This document shows positions 8,411-19,890 of a DNA stretch of 64,000 bases, in pieces. Origin of the DNA: Rubripirellula sp. (GTDB lineage: Bacteria; Planctomycetota; Planctomycetia; Pirellulales; Pirellulaceae); contig OZ244207.1 of NCBI GenBank assembly GCA_965216875.1, forward strand, positions 2,848,001 through 2,912,000, written 5' to 3'. The stretch's first letter is position 1. Every line of letters begins with the position of its first letter. A program made the position numbers and the translations under genes. The notes beneath the pieces are model-generated. The model had not been told where the DNA came from and did no database searches. It was given only the letters and a program-made list of their open reading frames with translations.

Positions 8411-9316
8411 CTAGCCACCACGTCCAAACTCTTGGCAAAACGCGTCCCCAGTGACAAAGAAACGCTCGCACGCGATCTGCATCGCTGACCGATGAATCTC
8501 ATCCTGAACCATCTCGCAGGCGTCAAGGAAGCGTTGTGAGTCTCGGCGAATCAACTCGCCACGGATCTTGATCACCTTGCCCCGTAAGACCTCAATGTCT
8601 TGTGCTTGCCCCAGCAATTCCCCCAACGCGTTGCATTGGTTGAGGTGCGTCTCAAGACGCTCATTCGATGGGTTGTTCCTGTTGTTCAAAAAGAGCCCTT
8701 GATAGCGGTGCGCTTTAACAGCCTTGCGCAGATCATGGAACAATTCCGTATCGCCTTGCAGGATCATCGAAACAGCACTTCGAACCTGATCGTACTGCGC
8801 AGCCAACGACTCGAAACGAATCTTTGTCTTGCGATTGAAACGGACTGATCGAAGTTGTGCTATCGCGGATTCGAATTGACGCCGTGCCGTTGCGGCAGAG
8901 AGCTTGCACTGTTCGTTTGGCTTGTAAGAATCCAGTGGAACTCGCACCACGCGACAAACGCGTTTGATCGTTGCCGGCTTGAGTGCGGTGAGCGGATGAT
9001 TGGCGACCACATCGAAAGCGGAATCAATCACCTGTGAGTCACGCAAACTCGATAGCCTCTTGGCCGCAGCTCGAACTCGGCGCGAACACTTCCTTGCCTC
9101 TTTGTGGTCGCCCGAATCGGTCAGTTTCAGAAGTGCCCGGATCCTTTTGCACCGCTTGCGAATCTGATGTATCCGCTCGTCGTCCGATGATCGAATCGCC
9201 TTCGCTTCCGAATGCGCCTTTTCGAGTTGTCGCAGAACTTCGTTGTGAAGGTCACCCTGATTCAAGCGACTTTGCTTGATCTTCCGACCGCGTTTCGACT
9301 TCGATTCACGCCGCAA
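8411..9316 (-). CDS. CHAD domain protein (polyphosphate-binding family)
   Basis: IHQIRKRCKRIRALL, LSSLRD, FHDLRKAVKAHRYQ and LGELLGQAQD; very basic. Confidence 0.88.
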   Translation of the reverse strand: MRRESKSKRGRKIKQSRLNQGDLHNEVLRQLEKAHSEAKAIRSSDDERIHQIRKRCKRIRALLKLTDSGDHKEARKCSRRVRAAAKRLSSLRDSQVIDSAFDVVANHPLTALKPATIKRVCRVVRVPLDSYKPNEQCKLSAATARRQFESAIAQLRSVRFNRKTKIRFESLAAQYDQVRSAVSMILQGDTELFHDLRKAVKAHRYQGLFLNNRNNPSNERLETHLNQCNALGELLGQAQDIEVLRGKVIKIRGELIRRDSQRFLDACEMVQDEIHRSAMQIACERFFVTGDAFCQEFGRGG

Positions 9317-9409
9317 CTCACACCTCCTCTCACCCCAACATGCGCCACGTGCATTCTAGCTGGGATTCATCGACGGCGTTTCTGAGAGAGCGTCTCCGGC
9401 ATAAGGCTT

Positions 9410-12400
9410 TCAGCCCAGCTGATGTGTCAGATCAAAATCTGGATCGAGCCAAACATCATTGACGACCTTGTCGATAGCCTCAGGTGCCATGACACTGACC
9501 TGTTCGGCTTGCGGAACCGGCTCGCGGCCTAAATGATTGATGATCGTCAATGCGTCCAACGCCGAAACCCGTCCATCTTGGTTGACGTCAAAGGTCGCAA
9601 TGAGGTCTTCGATCAAGTCCGAGTCACCACCTGCGAGACTTAGACGCCCCAAGAGGTTGATGACAACGAGGGCGTCGCGCGCCGTCACGCGCAGATCACC
9701 CGTAACGTCTAACGGGACTTGTTGAGCATGGTTGGAATCTGGCACACGACGAATCCCGGGCGAGAGTTCGTCGTTCATCACATCGTTTGCTGCATCGCCA
9801 TGCGGCAGATTGAGCAGGTGCCCGAATTCATGAATCAACACGGTGAGCGCATCAACGTGAGCTTGACTCGTTGGCTGTGATGCTTCGAAAAGTAACGGTA
9901 GTGAAGTGGAATTGAACTCTTCGTTTGCATTGGGTGTTGCATCGATGAACCAACCATGCCCTGCTGCATCGTGATCGATAACGATCGTCGTTCCCAGGGC
10001 GCGCCCGATCGCCCGCCCGGGCAAATCAGCCACGTGAACTCGAGCTCGCTGTAAACGCGCGACCGCTTCGTCACTGATGCCCGTCCCCGCCCAGTAGGCA
10101 ATGGCGCTCTCAACGACGTCATCCAGCGAGTCTCGCGAAATCACTTCGCCGCCGAATCCCATTTGAGGCGTCACCAGCATTTCGCTATCCGCTTCCAGTT
10201 GCACCGTGTTGCTCTTCTGCCGACCGAGTGTCATCTGGAACGCTTGGACCAAGATAAAGTCATCAAGCTCGTCAGCTGAAATATCCAACACGCCCGACGC
10301 GATCCCATTGGAATCGGCAATCACAATCGCAACGACTTCCGCGTCGGCGATGTCTACGGTCACACCGTAATCGTCGAACGTCGTTGTTCCGCGTTGACTC
10401 CCGCGAACCAGTGCCGTGAAGGTGCCTGGCGAGGCGCAGCTGAAGGAAACCTGGTTCAATCCCTCGACGATCGGGCTTGCCGTCAAACACGTCCCGATCG
10501 AAAGCGCGAATTGGTCGTCTTCGCCACTGACACCGTTGCCAGGTCGTGAATCGGGATCGCTTTGATCCACTGCCGTCACTTCCGCAGTGTTGGTGATCGT
10601 GTCGCTCGAATCGACCGTCGCCGTGATCGTCAACGTCGCCGTTTGCCCGGCTGGAAGATTCCCAACAAACCAAATGCCGTCCAAGTCGTCGTATTCACCT
10701 TGTGTCACGGTGGAGCGATCGAAGATCAACTCAAACGGCAGGAAGTCGGTCACTTCGATGTTGGTCGCTTGATCTGGTCCATCGTTAGATAACGCAATGG
10801 TGAAAATGACGTCTTCGCCGAGTTCCGGATTCGGGTTGCTGACCGCTTGGGTCAACGAAAGATCGGCGACCTGGGGTGGTGGCGCCCCGATGGTTGCCAA
10901 AAAGTCTTCTACCTCGCCGTCAGGTGCTTCGCCGCGCGGCGTTAGCCCGGCTTGCGTGCTCAAACGCACGCGAATGAATGTCGTCCCCGAAGGTGTTGTT
11001 GAGGCAAGCGTCACGTTTTCGAGCGACGTCGATGCAACACCCGCGGGAACAGCGACATCGGTCAAAATCTGTTCACCAAAGTCATTCCAATCGCCGTCGA
11101 GATTCAAATCGATCCAAGCGCTGAGCAAGGCACCCGACGTGCCGCCATCGTGAGCGATCGAGAATCCAGCGAGTGATTCACCTGGAGTGAAAACCAACGA
11201 CTGGTTTCCAAAGGCATCCTCGTCGTCCAAACCTCCCGCATCATCACCACCAGCCGATGAATTGGTTTGTCCGTCCGGTTCCGCATCGGGTGTGACCGTG
11301 CCAAGCTTCGGCCCACCATTGCTGACAACGTGCCTCGCGCCGTCGCTAGCGAGACGCGTAGGGTAACGTCGCAGTTGACCACCGACGGTGATCGATTCAG
11401 GAGCATCGCCGAAATCGAGCGTTGCCGCCTGCTGACCAATTTCCACCGCCCCAATGTCGGTTCCGTCTGCGGCGTTATCGATGTTGACGTTGTCGATGGT
11501 ACGTGCGAAAGCGCTGCCGCGTTGATCGCTGGCAAGGCTTTGACCGTTGCTGCCTTGGTCGATCGCAGGACTTGTTGCCGATAGCGAATGCGTCTCGACC
11601 TGACCGCCGTTGTCAGTCAATTCGCCAAGCAGAGGGTCATCACCGACGAGGTTGTTGTTGACTCCATCGACAACCCCATGACCGTCCGTGCTTTGAAGCA
11701 AGCTAAACGATGCAGTGGTTTGGTCCGACGAGAGGTCGTTACCCAATCCGCTAGCTGTATTGCCCGCAACGATCGTGCTACGCAAAGTGACCGCGGCGCC
11801 CGAGGATGCAGCGTTTCGAATGCCGCCTCCATCGCCTGCGGTTGTGCTGTTGTTGGCGACGGTTGAGTTATGAATCGTTGCTGACGCATTGCTTTGCGGT
11901 GATGCTTCGTTGTGAATGCCACCGCCGCTAGCGCCAGCGGTGTTGCCAGAGACAGTGCTGTTTCGAATCGTCAAGTTCGCAGCGACCGAATCGGCATAGT
12001 AGTAGACGCTTTGGTTGGCGATCGCACCGCCAGTTGTCGCGGTATTGCCCGACAGGGTGCTGCGAACGATCGTTGTCGAAACGACCGCATCGTAGCTTCG
12101 ACTGCTAATACCGCCGCCCGTGTTCGCTTGGTTGGCCGAGATGGTTGTGTCGGTTACCTCGATCGACGCGGGATCGTAGTTCGCATAGTTTGCGATCCCG
12201 CCACCACGTGTTGTTGTGACATCACCGTTTCCGGTGATCACTGAACTTCGAATCCGAACCGTCGCGTTGTAGTTGCTAACACCCGCTCCGAACGGAGCGA
12301 CGTTGCCTGTGATCAAGCTGTCGTTGATCGTCAGTTCGCCTTCGTTGCGAATCCCACCGCCGCTACCCTCAACCGGATCGTCGTCAACGCCGATCAATCC

Positions 12401-12865
12401 GCCTCGTACGGTAACGCCGTTGATCGTCAAAGAACTGCGTACGACGTCGATCACGCGATCCAGGCCGCCGCCATCGATCACCGTGGATCCCGAGCCGGCG
12501 CCCTGCAGGATCGCCGCATCTGAAAAGTCGAGGTCACCACTGCGCGACTGTTGATCGTCTGTGCCGGAAATGGTCAGCACGTAGTTGCCCGCCGGAACCA
12601 CGATCTGGTCTGGGCCGTCCACATTGGTCAATGCGTTGGCTTCTTGAATCGCGGCGCGCAGACTGCATGCTCCGCCCGCGCTGATCTCGCAAACACCATC
12701 GCCCGGATTCAGGTCGACGGCATCATCGGTCGTGTTGACCGTCAACGTCGCCAGCAGTCGCCGCGTTTCGAGCGATTCAAGCCGCAGACGCTTCTTGCGG
12801 CGCTGATCACGACGGCGTTTTTCGCCACGTGCAGAGCTCATCGATCGAACGCGTCGGTGGGGCAT
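9410..12865 (-). CDS. Large surface protein: planctomycete leader, CSLREA, beta-helix/choice-of-anchor Q, GEVED, DUF11, metzincin-like and dockerin domains
   Basis: RLRLESLETRRLLA; CSLRAAIQEAN; GGGI repeats; LGELTDNGG..SPAIDQG..DQRG..DIGAVE; DFGDAP; GEVED; ADLSLTQ..N.GPDQAT; HEFGHLLNLPH; D.NQDGRVSALDAL. Start uncertain (ORF extends to 12946). Confidence 0.88.
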   Translation of the reverse strand: MPHRRVRSMSSARGEKRRRDQRRKKRLRLESLETRRLLATLTVNTTDDAVDLNPGDGVCEISAGGACSLRAAIQEANALTNVDGPDQIVVPAGNYVLTISGTDDQQSRSGDLDFSDAAILQGAGSGSTVIDGGGLDRVIDVVRSSLTINGVTVRGGLIGVDDDPVEGSGGGIRNEGELTINDSLITGNVAPFGAGVSNYNATVRIRSSVITGNGDVTTTRGGGIANYANYDPASIEVTDTTISANQANTGGGISSRSYDAVVSTTIVRSTLSGNTATTGGAIANQSVYYYADSVAANLTIRNSTVSGNTAGASGGGIHNEASPQSNASATIHNSTVANNSTTAGDGGGIRNAASSGAAVTLRSTIVAGNTASGLGNDLSSDQTTASFSLLQSTDGHGVVDGVNNNLVGDDPLLGELTDNGGQVETHSLSATSPAIDQGSNGQSLASDQRGSAFARTIDNVNIDNAADGTDIGAVEIGQQAATLDFGDAPESITVGGQLRRYPTRLASDGARHVVSNGGPKLGTVTPDAEPDGQTNSSAGGDDAGGLDDEDAFGNQSLVFTPGESLAGFSIAHDGGTSGALLSAWIDLNLDGDWNDFGEQILTDVAVPAGVASTSLENVTLASTTPSGTTFIRVRLSTQAGLTPRGEAPDGEVEDFLATIGAPPPQVADLSLTQAVSNPNPELGEDVIFTIALSNDGPDQATNIEVTDFLPFELIFDRSTVTQGEYDDLDGIWFVGNLPAGQTATLTITATVDSSDTITNTAEVTAVDQSDPDSRPGNGVSGEDDQFALSIGTCLTASPIVEGLNQVSFSCASPGTFTALVRGSQRGTTTFDDYGVTVDIADAEVVAIVIADSNGIASGVLDISADELDDFILVQAFQMTLGRQKSNTVQLEADSEMLVTPQMGFGGEVISRDSLDDVVESAIAYWAGTGISDEAVARLQRARVHVADLPGRAIGRALGTTIVIDHDAAGHGWFIDATPNANEEFNSTSLPLLFEASQPTSQAHVDALTVLIHEFGHLLNLPHGDAANDVMNDELSPGIRRVPDSNHAQQVPLDVTGDLRVTARDALVVINLLGRLSLAGGDSDLIEDLIATFDVNQDGRVSALDALTIINHLGREPVPQAEQVSVMAPEAIDKVVNDVWLDPDFDLTHQLG

Positions 12866-13145
12866 GGAACGGCCAAATGGGGAAAAGGGCCCGAAAAGTG
12901 GGTGGTGGAAGCCTGTTTGACGCGCGCCGAACTCGAATGGTTTCACGCTGCGATCGAGGCAGGACTCATCTTAGTCCGCATTTGCCCCTTTTCAGCCGCA
13001 TTTGCTCCGAACTCACCCTCGGCAAACTAGGGGGCCTGGGTGGATTTTGAGGGTTGCTTTGCCCCTGACAATTATTCCGGTTATTCCTGCCGATTTATGG
13101 AGGTAAGCCGTCACCTGACGCTCCAATCGCCAGAGATCCCGATCT

Positions 13146-14183
13146 GTGTCACGCCAACAACCACACCGCCGAATCGAGCCGACTGCAACCGCGGTGCGCT
13201 TCTTCGCGCTGATGGTGATGCTGATCGGTCCGATTGCGGCTGTTGGGCAAACGTCAGCTTGGGGGCAATCTCACTCGGAGTGCGTGGCGGTACCAACGCC
13301 CAACCATCACGACGCGATTTGCGAAGCGCTGCGCCCGCGTCTCCGCGTCGATGCCAACTTCGTGGCTTTTGATCGAATCACAGCTTCTTCGCGGTTGCTG
13401 ATGCAAAGCACGGTCAACACCGCTGCGCAAGTCAATGCCGATCAATTCAATTTCGACTTTGAGGCCGGCCTCGATTTGTCCGCAGCCTACGTTTGCTGGG
13501 ACGACAGCGTCTGGGAATTCCGCTTCCTCGGGCTCGGCGAAATGACGGCCGAGTCGAGCACTGACATGGGGAACTCTCAGGTCCAAGTCAATTCGACGCC
13601 CCCGGTTCAGGCACCCAACGTGTTGCTTGTTAACTCAAGGTATGAGTCGGAACTGTTTGGATTCGAAATCAACTACCACTATCCGTTGTACCACTGCGCG
13701 ACCGCACTGGTTGGTTTCCGCTTCATGTCGCTCGAAGATCGCTTGGAAAACGACCTGACTTCGGTTCCACAGTCACACTTGTACAACATTCGGACTCAGA
13801 ATCGGATGTACGGTGGGCAGCTTGGTTTGATCGGCCACCCCTGGTTCTTCAACGATTTCTGTTCGCTGCAAGGATTCGGCAAAGTTGGCATCTTTGGCAA
13901 CGATGCGAGACATCAAAGCCTATTCAGCACCAATGTTTCATCACTTGGGATACGCGAATCCGTTGGTCAATCGTCCGTGATTGGCGAAATTGGCTTTCGC
14001 GGCCAGTTCCATTTCAGCCGTCGATTCTCGGCCCACGCAGGATACAGCCTTCTGTTCCTCGAACGCATTGTGGTCGCAAGCGATCAGACGTCGGTGAGTG
14101 ACTTCTTCAACAGCACTGGCATTCATGATCGAGGTTCAGCGGTCTTTCACGGCGCGAGTTTCGGTGTTGTGTTCACCCACTGA
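13146..14183 (+). CDS. Outer-membrane beta-barrel protein (planctomycete BBP7-like)
   Basis: Signal peptide; YESELFGFEIN, T.N.MYGGQLG, GKVGIFGN, AGYSLLF and terminal FHGASFGVVFTH. Confidence 0.8.
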   Translation: MSRQQPHRRIEPTATAVRFFALMVMLIGPIAAVGQTSAWGQSHSECVAVPTPNHHDAICEALRPRLRVDANFVAFDRITASSRLLMQSTVNTAAQVNADQFNFDFEAGLDLSAAYVCWDDSVWEFRFLGLGEMTAESSTDMGNSQVQVNSTPPVQAPNVLLVNSRYESELFGFEINYHYPLYHCATALVGFRFMSLEDRLENDLTSVPQSHLYNIRTQNRMYGGQLGLIGHPWFFNDFCSLQGFGKVGIFGNDARHQSLFSTNVSSLGIRESVGQSSVIGEIGFRGQFHFSRRFSAHAGYSLLFLERIVVASDQTSVSDFFNSTGIHDRGSAVFHGASFGVVFTH

Positions 14184-14213
14184 TCCTGCCAGCTCAGCCC
14201 TACAGCTCAGCCG

Positions 14214-16208
14214 TCAATCGGCTTGGTCCAACGAAGCGGCCATGGTCGCTGTGATTCGCGGGACAGCCCCGGGAGCCCGATCGAGCATCGGCAAAATTGA
14301 CTGAAACGTCTTGCTCAATCGATCGCGGTACGATGCTTTGGCCGTGTGCGTCGCAAGATACAACAGGTTCTCGGCCGAGACGCTCGTCCCCGATGGAATC
14401 GCACCATCGGCCGGATCCTTGACGCGAACGATAAGCGTCGGATGATCTTTGGACGTAAAGAAGAACCCGCCCTCTTTCTCATCCCAAAACCATTCAAGCT
14501 GAGCATCCATCAACTTGGTTGCCGACGCGAGCCACTTCGCATCACCGGTGGCTCGGTGCAAAGCTATCAGTCCCGAAATCATAAATGCGTAGTCGTCGAT
14601 GTAGCCGTTTAGCTTTGCCTCGTTTGAGGCGAAACTGCGTCGCAACCGACCGTTTTCGTCAGCGAGACGATTGAGCACGAAATCAGCTGCCGTCGCCGCG
14701 GCACCGACATAGTCTTCGCGTTGCAGAATCCGCCCGGCATCTGCCAGGCCCGAGATCATCAAGCCGTTCCAAGCCGTCAAGATTTTGATGTCGGTGATCG
14801 GCCGCGTGCGCCGGTTTCGACGCGTGAACAATTCGCTGCGAGACGCTTGGAGGCTCTTGGTCAATTCGCCGTATTCGAGCATACGATCACGTGCAATCGT
14901 CGAAAGGGGCTTGCCCGGATCGGGAACAAAGTACTCCCCCTCGAAGTTTGGCTTGCCCAAAAGCCGAAACACTTCAGCAAACCGAGCGAAGCCGTCAACT
15001 TCCTTTTCGATCTCTTTGATCTCCTCCTCCGTCCAACGGTAGAACTTGCCTTCTTCGCCTTCGCTGTCCGCGTCAAGTGCGCTGTAAAACGCTCCTCCAG
15101 GAGCTCTTAATTCACGCAGCACAAAGTCGCATGTTCCCTCGACGACACTTTTGTATTCAGGATTCTTTGTGAGCTGGTACGCCTCGGCGTAAACGGACGC
15201 GAGTTGGCCGTTGTCATAGAGCATCTTTTCGAAGTGCGGAATTTGCCAGCGACGATCGACGCTGTAGCGATGAAAGCCACCTCCAAGATGATCGTACATC
15301 GCACCCGAGATCATGCCATCGAGTGATCGAACAAGCATTGCGAGTGCCTTGTCGCGACTCTCTTTTGCAACCGATTCTCGCGTTGATCGATCGAGAAGGA
15401 AAACAAGATTCGACGGTTCCGGGAACTTGGGCCGATTCGGGTTGGCAACCGAATAGCCGAAGCCGCCATAGGTGGGATCGAACTGATCCTCCAACGCCGA
15501 TGCGACGCGACCGATGTATGCCGTGTCAAGCGAGATCGTTTTACCATCAAGGTCTTCCGATGATCCCTGGCTAGCCTTGATCGCCTCCGTGATGGTTTCG
15601 GCCTGCGTTTCGACGATGTCTTTCTTCGTCCGCCAGACTTCATCGATTCGCTTGAGCACGGTGAGGAATCCAACACCCGCGCCACGGTCGCCATCGCGCG
15701 GCGGAAAGTAGGTGCCACCAAAAAAAGGACGTGTGTCGGGGAGCAAAAAAACCGACATCGGCCAACCACCTTGTCCGGTGATGAGCTGGACGCTGGTCAT
15801 GTAGATCTGGTCCACATCGGGTCGTTCTTCGCGATCCACTTTGACGCACACAAAGTTTTCGTTCATGAACTTTGCGATCTCGGGATCGACGAACGACTCC
15901 CGTTCCATCACGTGGCACCAATGGCACGCTGCGTAGCCCACCGACAAGAAGATCATCTTGTTTTCGCGCTGGGCGCGTTCAATTGCTTCGTCGCCCCATG
16001 GATACCAGTCAACCGGATTGTGCGCATGCTGAAGCAGATAGGGACTCGACTCGGAAGCCAGTCGATTGGTGTGCGTCGCGTCATGCCCCTGCTCATGTTT
16101 GACACTCGATGGCTTCGTTTTGTCGTTGGTGACCGTGGTGTCTTGCCCCGAGAGGCAGCCAGAAGCGGTGATCAGCAAGGTTGCGATCAGAATTGGGCGA
16201 AATGCCAT
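14214..16208 (-). CDS. Thioredoxin domain / six-hairpin glycosidase-like protein (YyaL/SSP411, DUF255)
   Basis: [49 protein letters not shown] and [13 protein letters not shown]-terminal lipobox-like LITASGC. Confidence 0.93.
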   Translation of the reverse strand: MAFRPILIATLLITASGCLSGQDTTVTNDKTKPSSVKHEQGHDATHTNRLASESSPYLLQHAHNPVDWYPWGDEAIERAQRENKMIFLSVGYAACHWCHVMERESFVDPEIAKFMNENFVCVKVDREERPDVDQIYMTSVQLITGQGGWPMSVFLLPDTRPFFGGTYFPPRDGDRGAGVGFLTVLKRIDEVWRTKKDIVETQAETITEAIKASQGSSEDLDGKTISLDTAYIGRVASALEDQFDPTYGGFGYSVANPNRPKFPEPSNLVFLLDRSTRESVAKESRDKALAMLVRSLDGMISGAMYDHLGGGFHRYSVDRRWQIPHFEKMLYDNGQLASVYAEAYQLTKNPEYKSVVEGTCDFVLRELRAPGGAFYSALDADSEGEEGKFYRWTEEEIKEIEKEVDGFARFAEVFRLLGKPNFEGEYFVPDPGKPLSTIARDRMLEYGELTKSLQASRSELFTRRNRRTRPITDIKILTAWNGLMISGLADAGRILQREDYVGAAATAADFVLNRLADENGRLRRSFASNEAKLNGYIDDYAFMISGLIALHRATGDAKWLASATKLMDAQLEWFWDEKEGGFFFTSKDHPTLIVRVKDPADGAIPSGTSVSAENLLYLATHTAKASYRDRLSKTFQSILPMLDRAPGAVPRITATMAASLDQAD

Positions 16209-16554
16209 GAAAAAAGCCAGGGTCGAAGGTTGAAGACACGCGCGAACGGATATCACACGATTTTGGCCGATTTATGGCATCGTTTCAGGACCCCTCCCTT
16301 TGGATGCCTCCAACGGGTGGCATCGATGCAATGTGCGAGATATGCCGGATTTACTGATTCCTGGTCGATTTCGATCAGCCCGGGAGGCTGATTTGCTTTT
16401 TCCGTTTGCGGTGTTTGCATAAACTGAGTGCTGAGGGAAAAGTCGCTGGAATTGGCCGAGGAACGAGTCAACGACGGTGCCTTCATCCTCGTCTTGCTTT
16501 TCTTCGACATCGCGAGTCGCCCACTGCGGCTCCGTTATTGCAACCTTCTCGCGC

Positions 16555-19500
16555 ATGCCACCATCGCCATTCCATGTGAACTTCGCCAAAGCGGCGCCCG
16601 CTCTGTGCCGGGCGGTCGTTGCGGCAGCGATGGCTTTCCTTTGCCTCCCGTCGGCCTTTAGCCAGCGTCCAGGCACCACGCCGCCGGCGCAGATCTTCTC
16701 TGGATCAGGCGAAGACTCCGAAGAGTTACCGGTCAAGGCGTTCATGTTCATGAGCGAAGCTCAGAGCACGGTAGTGGTGCCGCGGATGACTTGGGAAGAA
16801 TTGCAGCGGTTGATGGATTCCGAGGCGCAGAGCGAGCTGTACAGCTATCAAGAATTGAGGATCACTGGTCAGGCGGTCGACCACCGCGCGGAAATGGAAG
16901 TCACGCTTGAACTGTTGATTGAGCCGACGGGGAATAAGCTGATCCCCATCCCGCTTCGCATGGGCAATTTCCATCGGCTTGCACCACCGGATGTCACGGG
17001 CGTCGACGATTACTTCATGACGCTCTCGCCCGAAGGCGGCGGCTACATGCTTTGGGTGCGTTCTCAGAATCGACACACCGCGACAATACGCATGGACGTT
17101 TCGGCTCGTGTCGAATCGACTTCGACCCGTTCGCTCGACTTTCAATTGCCCGACGTTCCCTCGACCGTCAAGATCGTCGCGCAGAACCCTAATGTCACTG
17201 GCGATGTGATCGGCCAAGGCTACGAAACGATCGAAACCAAACCAACCGCTGGCGGCGGAAGTGAGTTCACGGTCGAAAGTGGTGGCGGACGATTCACGTT
17301 GCGGTGGGGACGACTGGAACAACAACGTGAAGACACGCCGCTTTTGGAAGTCACCAGTCGCGTGAATGTGAGCTGGGATTCGCCCCAAGACCCACCACGC
17401 GCCAGCGTTCAATTGACGGTCCAAAACGTCAGCAACTCTATCGAGACCCTTGAACTCCGCTTGCCGCGAGGCGCCGAGCTTTCGAATTCAGCAAGCCTTG
17501 GCACTGCGGGACAATCGATCAAGTTTGATCCGCCCAGTGCGGACGAGCTTGGTGACCGACGCACGTTGATGATTCCCGAGAATGAGCGTCAGAAGCGAAT
17601 CGACCTGAACTTCAGTTACAGCTTGCCGGTCAATGGCGGCGCCGTCTCAGCCACCAATCCCCTTGCCTTTCAAGTCCCGCAGGTAGTGGGCGCACTTCGC
17701 CACCGAGGTGAACTGACACTTCAAACCAACCAAGATTACCAACTGCGTTGGAAGACAGAACCTTGGGTCCGTAGCGTGATTGGCGAAGGCACCGAAGACT
17801 CGACCCTTGGTCGAACTTACACCTTCGAATATGACCGCAGCAGTTTCGCGTTGCCGCTCTGGTTGGCAGCCAAAGAACGCCAAGTTCGCGTCACCGCTGA
17901 AATGCAAGTCACGTTTCGCGAGATGACAGCGGCGTTGGACATGGTGATTCGGTCCAGTGGCCGTGCGGCTGATGGGCGCGGCCCACAAGTGGATTTGGCA
18001 GGCTGGCAACTTCAGTCGATCGAAAACGATGAAACTGGCGAGGTCGTCGACTCGTTCGAAGGTGACGGTTTTCCCGAAATCGATTTTCCGCCAGGCGCGG
18101 GCGCCCCGCCGCCGATTCGCTTGCGCGCTGAAAAAACCTTTGACACAACCACCAAGAGTGTCGCCATCGAGTTGCCGCGAATCGTCAAAACGGACACAGG
18201 ACTGCTTGTCCCTACATCGCAAGTTGAAGTGGTCAATCAAGGCCGATACTTCCTCGTTGTCAACTTGGACGATTCGAGAAACTTGGAACGGATTGCCACA
18301 GGCGATGCCAACCTCGATGACACGGCCAGCGTCTATCGCATCGAGTCTCACCAAAGCAACGCTGTCTTGGCTGGTCGTATTGTCGAACAACCGCAGCGAA
18401 TCACGTTGGCGAGCGACGGAACCATCGCACTCGATGGCAATCAACTGAAGACTACGGTCGATTGGACAGTCACATCCCGACTTGATTTGGAAGGACGGCT
18501 CCCGATCCGTTTTCCGATCGTTAACGACAACCTCGCTTTGCAGACCAACGGGACGCTCCCGCCGCTCGAGCCCGATACGGCTTTGGCCAATCCTCCGGCA
18601 CCTTCTGTGATTGAATCAGCCAGAGAATGGACCGTGACCGTTGCCGGTGTGCCCGCGGCGCTGACGCCCGTTGGTGAAGACCGATTCGAACTCGTGTCTG
18701 ATCGACTCGCCGAAGGGACGGTTGCGATACGCTGGTACCGCACGACATCGATTCGACCTGCCACGGTTGGCGATTCCTTTGAATCGATTGCACTTCCCCG
18801 ACCGGCAATCGACGACGTGACCGTTCGCGGTGCCGTACGAATCGCGTTGGTCGGCAGTCCCGAGACGGAACTGATTTCAAGTGAAGCGGCAGCGGGTGAG
18901 TTGCGGCTGGATGCCTTGCCGCCAGATCCAATCCGACTGCGCATGCGATCGCGCAACACGGCAAGAGAAGAGCTTTCGATCAGCCAAGCGGTTTTGCGAA
19001 CCGCGGTTGGACTCAACACCCGGCACGAACAATTGTTGTTGAAGATTCGTGGTGGCGACGATTTGCGAATCGGTTTGCCGTCCGGCTTGGGCAACGTCGC
19101 CGTCGAAGCTTATGTCGACAGTAACGCGGTGACTGTCCGACGCGAAAGCGACACGATGCTCTTGTCGCTTCCAGGCGACCAAGTCACTCACGTGGTTGAC
19201 TTGCGCGTTTGGATGCCCGAATCAGCATCGGGAACAACGAAAAACATACGCCCCATGTTGCGTCTGCCGATCGGTGTCGGCCGCGTCTATTGGCAAATTG
19301 TGACGCCACGCGACAGCCATCTCCTTTGGGCATCGCCAACGATGGGTCGATCGATGTCCTGGAGTTTCGCTCCCTGGAAACTCGGTCGTCAATCAACTCA
19401 CGACGACCGAGCGCTGACGGCGATGGTTGGGTCTCAGCCGCATCCGATGCCACCTGGAAACGACTATCTGTACATCGGAAGTGACGTTCGGTCATTCGAA

Positions 19501-19890
19501 GTCATTTCGGTCTCGCGCGTTGCATTGTGGTTGGCGGTGGGTGTCGTGGTTTTGTTGACATCGGTTGTGTTGACCTACATCCCCCAATCGCGTCACCCAC
19601 TCTCTGCCGTCTTCGCTTCGGTCGTGTTTGCAGGATTGTTGACGATCGCACCCGATGCCGCCGTCTTGCTCGGTCAGCTTGCCGTGATCGCGCTGGTGCT
19701 TGTGATCGTCATGATCGCCGTTCGCGCGTTGGTTGCTCCATCGCGCTCGGATCGATTGCTCCCCTCACGGGACCTCAAGCGCCGCACCGACGCGTCAACA
19801 CAATCCCTGCCCGTGCCGCCGAACCAGGAACGGCGTTCCAGCATCTCGCAAACACGTTCCCTTCCGCCACAAGCCGAGGCCCAATCGTGA
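16555..19890 (+). CDS. Large exported/membrane hypothetical protein (~1110 aa) with three C-terminal TM helices
   Basis: Long ORF; signal peptide ..AFLCLPSAFS-Q; beta-rich body; TM cluster near the C-terminus. Start uncertain (ORF from 16477). Confidence 0.85.
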   Translation: MPPSPFHVNFAKAAPALCRAVVAAAMAFLCLPSAFSQRPGTTPPAQIFSGSGEDSEELPVKAFMFMSEAQSTVVVPRMTWEELQRLMDSEAQSELYSYQELRITGQAVDHRAEMEVTLELLIEPTGNKLIPIPLRMGNFHRLAPPDVTGVDDYFMTLSPEGGGYMLWVRSQNRHTATIRMDVSARVESTSTRSLDFQLPDVPSTVKIVAQNPNVTGDVIGQGYETIETKPTAGGGSEFTVESGGGRFTLRWGRLEQQREDTPLLEVTSRVNVSWDSPQDPPRASVQLTVQNVSNSIETLELRLPRGAELSNSASLGTAGQSIKFDPPSADELGDRRTLMIPENERQKRIDLNFSYSLPVNGGAVSATNPLAFQVPQVVGALRHRGELTLQTNQDYQLRWKTEPWVRSVIGEGTEDSTLGRTYTFEYDRSSFALPLWLAAKERQVRVTAEMQVTFREMTAALDMVIRSSGRAADGRGPQVDLAGWQLQSIENDETGEVVDSFEGDGFPEIDFPPGAGAPPPIRLRAEKTFDTTTKSVAIELPRIVKTDTGLLVPTSQVEVVNQGRYFLVVNLDDSRNLERIATGDANLDDTASVYRIESHQSNAVLAGRIVEQPQRITLASDGTIALDGNQLKTTVDWTVTSRLDLEGRLPIRFPIVNDNLALQTNGTLPPLEPDTALANPPAPSVIESAREWTVTVAGVPAALTPVGEDRFELVSDRLAEGTVAIRWYRTTSIRPATVGDSFESIALPRPAIDDVTVRGAVRIALVGSPETELISSEAAAGELRLDALPPDPIRLRMRSRNTAREELSISQAVLRTAVGLNTRHEQLLLKIRGGDDLRIGLPSGLGNVAVEAYVDSNAVTVRRESDTMLLSLPGDQVTHVVDLRVWMPESASGTTKNIRPMLRLPIGVGRVYWQIVTPRDSHLLWASPTMGRSMSWSFAPWKLGRQSTHDDRALTAMVGSQPHPMPPGNDYLYIGSDVRSFEVISVSRVALWLAVGVVVLLTSVVLTYIPQSRHPLSAVFASVVFAGLLTIAPDAAVLLGQLAVIALVLVIVMIAVRALVAPSRSDRLLPSRDLKRRTDASTQSLPVPPNQERRSSISQTRSLPPQAEAQS

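Noticed and set aside
19527..19886. N-terminal 120 aa of the 2328-aa ORF call
   Set aside because: Overlaps the TM-coding end of the upstream gene. GTG at 19887 gives a coupled start followed by a signal-like segment.
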